Positions 54,721 to 56,402 of a stretch of 56,402 nucleotides of DNA are shown piece after piece (the first letter of the stretch is position 1; every line of letters starts with the position of its first letter). The notes beneath the pieces were generated by a model. It made no database searches and was not told where the DNA came from. It saw only the letters and a list, made by a program, of their open reading frames with translations. The translations under genes and the position numbers were made by a program. The stretch comes from a virus (taxonomy: Duplodnaviria > Caudoviricetes): positions 1 to 56,402 of the IMG/VR virus record IMGVR_UViG_3300042882_000312; one strand, 5' to 3'.

Positions 54721-55022
54721 GTCTTGCTTTCAAATACCAGTCGACGCATGTCTTCCAGGTGATACTTGATTGCCTCGACCTGACCGGTCGAACCAATCGA
54801 CTGCGATGGCTTGACGCCTGCCTGCCACAGCTCGTCCATCAGGCGCTGCGCCGCATCGAGCGGTAGCCTGAGCGTCGGCTGTATCAGCGAGCCGGGGTCG
54901 ATGACCTGCATCGTGGGCGGCATAGCCACCGCAAACCCTGACTCACCCCTGACGCCAAGGCGGATGCCGATGGTGTCACTCCAGATTTCCCGCTGTGCGT
55001 TGACGTGCCAGGTCTCGGTCAT
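54717..55022 (-). CDS. Hypothetical protein
   Basis: AQRLMDELWQAGVKP..HLEDMRRLVF; coupled. Confidence 0.75.
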   Translation of the reverse strand: MTETWHVNAQREIWSDTIGIRLGVRGESGFAVAMPPTMQVIDPGSLIQPTLRLPLDAAQRLMDELWQAGVKPSQSIGSTGQVEAIKYHLEDMRRLVFESKT

Positions 55023-55255
55023 GACGCGTCCTTCCTCACGCCGTTGATGGCGACCTGTAGGGTGATGCCCTCGAGTCCGAAGTCGCGCACCTCATGGACT
55101 CGAGCGACGATGTCGCGGCAAGCCTCCTCGATCACGGCGTCGATCTCGTCGTTGATCACCTGAGCAAGGCGCTTGCGAAGATCAGCCTTGATGACCTGCT
55201 TGAGGTTGGCCTCGACCAGCGGGGCCACTGCTGTGTACTTGAGGGTGATGCTCAT
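55019..55255 (-). CDS. Hypothetical protein
   Basis: ATGA-coupled ORF. Confidence 0.65.
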   Translation of the reverse strand: MSITLKYTAVAPLVEANLKQVIKADLRKRLAQVINDEIDAVIEEACRDIVARVHEVRDFGLEGITLQVAINGVRKDAS

Positions 55256-55587
55256 GCCTTTGTCCCCAGCCCTGCGCAGGCGTTGTCCCATTGGTCCTTC
55301 GTGATAGGTGATGCCGTGTCAACCCAGGTGGGCGCAGGGGCCATGCCGTATGCCAGCTTTCTCGCCTCGTCCTGAACGGCTTTGTAGAATTCGTCGTAGG
55401 TGCAGACGAACAGCTCACACTGGAATTCGGTGTGGTAATCGTGGCGCTTTTCGATGACGCCGATCCTGCCAATCTTGTCGGCGATCTGCATCCGCATCTC
55501 GTGAATGATGCGATCCCGAATGAAGTCGGGGTTTGAGTTGTAGGCCAGATTGCTTGCTGTCAGTTTCAGTCCAATTCTTTCAAACAT
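55252..55587 (-). CDS. Hypothetical protein
   Basis: MFERIGLK with GGAG RBS. Confidence 0.65.
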   Translation of the reverse strand: MFERIGLKLTASNLAYNSNPDFIRDRIIHEMRMQIADKIGRIGVIEKRHDYHTEFQCELFVCTYDEFYKAVQDEARKLAYGMAPAPTWVDTASPITKDQWDNACAGLGTKA

Positions 55588-55588
55588 T

Positions 55589-55921
55589 TCACGCTCCGTA
55601 TGCGCGGCGCTCCGCACGTTCGTTGGCTGACTTGGTGCGGAAGATTTCGATCTCCAGCTCCACGGCCTTGAGGTGGTAGCGCACCTTCTCCTCGTCATGC
55701 ACGGCGACACGCAGGTCCTCGAGCAGCTTCTGGTAAGTGGGGTGGGCAGCAGCCTCACGCTCTTGCGCAGCAGCAGACGCATGGCCACCCTTCATGGCGT
55801 CCTTCATGAGCATGGCGAGGCAGCTCTTCTTGTAATCCTCGAGGTAGCCTCGAGTGGCTTTGGCGGGGGCGTAGCGATCAGCCAGTTGGCGGTAACGCTC
55901 AAGCAATTCTTCAATGTCCAT
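55589..55921 (-). CDS. Helical hypothetical protein
   Basis: AAQEREAAAHPTY..FRTKSANER; GGAG RBS. Confidence 0.75.
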   Translation of the reverse strand: MDIEELLERYRQLADRYAPAKATRGYLEDYKKSCLAMLMKDAMKGGHASAAAQEREAAAHPTYQKLLEDLRVAVHDEEKVRYHLKAVELEIEIFRTKSANERAERRAYGA

Positions 55922-56333
55922 TTGTAATCTCCTTCACAGTTCCATCTCGGTAATACAGTTTGTTTCCAATGCGGCTGGGTAGCTCGAGGAAGTCCTCAGA
56001 GCCTGGCCGCGCAGGGGCCTGGTAGTCAGCGGGCTCGTAGTGCGGTGCCTTCATGACCGAATCCCTGAAGCTCTTCGACTGCGGGTTGAGGCCGGGTACA
56101 GGGCCGAGCTCGTTGAGCTTCTCTGTGCCCTGCGTGGTGAGCGACCAGCCTTTGAAGACCTTGCGCACGTAGCCCGCGGCGACAAGGCGGGACATGTACT
56201 CGCCATCGAATCGGCTGATGCTGTTGATGGCACCGACCACCAGCTTCAGTTCCTTGCTGGTCTTCACGCCGAACGCCAGGGCGTAGATGATCCGGTGTGA
56301 CCCGGCGTTGCGAACGACTTTGCCGAAGCTCAT
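55911..56333 (-). CDS. Putative winged-helix protein
   Basis: RLVAAGYV..WSLTTQG; RPGSEDFLELPSR. Confidence 0.7.
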   Translation of the reverse strand: MSFGKVVRNAGSHRIIYALAFGVKTSKELKLVVGAINSISRFDGEYMSRLVAAGYVRKVFKGWSLTTQGTEKLNELGPVPGLNPQSKSFRDSVMKAPHYEPADYQAPARPGSEDFLELPSRIGNKLYYRDGTVKEITNGH

Positions 56334-56402
56334 GGCGCACCCCTTCTTTCTGCGGCCAGCGCCGCCATCGCACCCTTGGGTCGTGTTGCCTTGAGACGCC
56401 AG
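56267..56402. repeat. Terminal direct repeat (copy of 1-136)
   Basis: Direct sequence comparison. Confidence 0.95.

Overview
The window is a complete, circularly permuted ~56.3 kb genome of a GC-rich temperate podovirus-like phage (positions 1-136 repeat at 56267-56402 with one mismatch). The host is probably a betaproteobacterium, inferred from the tRNA-Asn attP core. Modules: primase-helicase and small genes (minus, 53.9 kb wrapping to 3.3 kb); a plus-strand operon with ERF, SSB, exonuclease, excisionase, MazG-like, Tad2-like, Acb2-like and integrase genes, followed by attP; a minus-strand late region (terminases, portal, scaffold, capsid, adaptors, two S74-chaperoned tail fibres, lysis genes, tail tube, GNAT, three ejection proteins including a 2869-aa polyvalent protein); five tRNAs; and a plus-strand early region ending in an amidoligase-glutamine amidotransferase pair. 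No DNA polymerase, RNA polymerase or CI-type repressor was recognised. Most notable: a block of about 7 uncharacterised secreted, lipo- and membrane proteins (with a Cys-rich triple-repeat protein) between a fatty-acid desaturase and the spanin/endolysin genes; tandem nucleotide-sponge anti-defence genes; an 8/4 allo-tRNA-like tRNA-Ser; a structured RNA upstream of the integrase; a repeated terminator+motif module in the early region; and a recurring AGGG-N4-CCCT palindrome. All calls come from reading motifs by eye; no searches were run.
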